Virus record (IMG/VR): IMGVR_UViG_3300037454_000542
Span: 1 to 64,000 of that record
From: a virus
Lineage: Duplodnaviria > Caudoviricetes
Direction: 5' to 3' (one strand)
Length of the DNA stretch: 64,000 nucleotides
Below the pieces are notes generated by a model, which saw nothing but the letters and a program-made list of their open reading frames with translations, was not told the DNA's origin and ran no database searches. Numbering within the stretch: the first letter of the stretch is position 1; every line of letters begins with the position of its first letter. Positions 63,169-64,000 of the stretch are shown here, piece by piece. The position numbers were made by a program, and so were the translations under genes.

Positions 63169-64000
63169 ATGACAGCGTACAACAACAACAACAGCAACAA
63201 CAACGGAAACAACAACGGCGGCGCGGAGTATTTGCGGACGATGGCAACAATTGCGGCGGCGGAGTTGAATGGCAAACTGAACGTTTACGGCGTGAGACCA
63301 TTTGCGGACGGCGAGACAATCAACGCGAGCGAGACAGCGGACAACAGCGACATTTTGCGCGCCGTTGTAACGTGTATAAATGCGCTCATTTCCGGCGCTA
63401 AAATTAAACGGGATAATTGCCGGAGTGACGCCATTTATTGTTATTTGCAAGCGCAAATTGATTGTTTGCGGTATTGCCGTTGGAACGCGCGTATTGACGG
63501 CGGCAAAACGTGTGGCGCGCGGATTGTTTATGGCGCGGAGTGCTGGAACGGCCGCGCCAACATTAGCGACATTATAGACAATATAAACGGCGCGTATTGC
63601 GCGCTATTGCTGTGCGACGGCGAGCAAATGAGCGTTGACATTTTGCGGGCAATCCGCAATGAATATGAACGTGTTTGCGACTTTAGCGACAGCAGCCGCG
63701 CAAACTGGGACAATGAGCGCAAAATGATTGTTTACACCGTCGACAGCGCGGACATTTGCGGCGGGGAGTGGTATGGCGGTAACGTTGCGGCACTGTGTGA
63801 CGTTGACGGCATAAAAGATGAGCAATTGCGCGAGACTATCAAGACGGCGCGCGAGCGCGGAGACCTGAAACAATCGGACGTTGATATTTTGTTGAACGTT
63901 GCCAACGGAACAACAACCGCAACAATTGCGGCGTTGTTGGATTGTTCGAAGGGCACTATCTCAAAACATTTCAAACGCGCAACATATTATTTGCGCTGCA
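63169..64000 (+). CDS. Partial ORF (runs off the window) with N-terminal poly-Asn and C-terminal LuxR/sigma-region-4-like HTH
   Basis: Own translation MTAYNNNNSNNNGNNNGGAEYLR..LKQSDVDILLNVANGTTTATIAALLDCSKGTISKHFKRA; RBS GGAGAAGGA; no stop before 64000. Confidence 0.7.
   Translation, partial: MTAYNNNNSNNNGNNNGGAEYLRTMATIAAAELNGKLNVYGVRPFADGETINASETADNSDILRAVVTCINALISGAKIKRDNCRSDAIYCYLQAQIDCLRYCRWNARIDGGKTCGARIVYGAECWNGRANISDIIDNINGAYCALLLCDGEQMSVDILRAIRNEYERVCDFSDSSRANWDNERKMIVYTVDSADICGGEWYGGNVAALCDVDGIKDEQLRETIKTARERGDLKQSDVDILLNVANGTTTATIAALLDCSKGTISKHFKRATYYLRC

Noticed and set aside
63007-63974. Track ORFs 63063..63401, 63007..63456 and others
   Set aside because: Alternative frames of the long open frame starting at 63169, which has the RBS and the HTH motif.
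1-64000. Alternative genetic code (TAG/TGA recoding)
   Set aside because: Core genes are full length in code 11, and the tRNA anticodon is UUG, not a suppressor.
1-64000. CRISPR array, DGR or invertible tail-fibre cassette
   Set aside because: No regularly spaced repeats, no reverse transcriptase or adenine-variant repeat pair, and no inverted fibre fragments were seen by eye.

Overview
The whole window is part of a large tailed phage (or prophage) genome with an SPbeta-like gene order, probably infecting a Bacillota/Clostridia host. No host chromosomal genes are visible. The + strand from 1 to 17.7 kb carries a replication and nucleotide module: fused primase-helicase, DnaE-type polymerase, ClpP-like protease, ThyX-like enzyme with an in-frame HNH-AP2 insert, dNMP kinase, and class III RNR with a C-terminal glutaredoxin-like domain. 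It continues with two paralogous glycosyltransferase-like genes, tRNA-Gln(UUG), two highly structured non-coding segments, an array of small modular 'MTREEA' genes, and a self-contained type II R-M moron (alpha-class m6A methylase plus EcoRI-family endonuclease). The - strand from 62.3 to 17.7 kb carries a helicase-like gene, a YonO-like single-subunit RNA polymerase, phosphoesterase, HU, tyrosine recombinase, terminase, portal, protease/scaffold, capsid, neck/tail genes, RusA, a 2010-aa tape measure, Dit, tail spike, three Ser/Thr-rich fibre genes, holin and amidase endolysin. A divergent promoter region near 62.6-63.1 kb precedes a compositionally odd gene with a C-terminal HTH that runs off the window. 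The best novelty candidates are the pseudoknotted ncRNA locus after the tRNA, the SH3-like/glycosyltransferase pair next to a divergent ThyX and kinase, the apparently non-spliced in-frame homing endonuclease, and the shuffled mini-gene array. All product calls come from motif recognition by eye; no database search was run.
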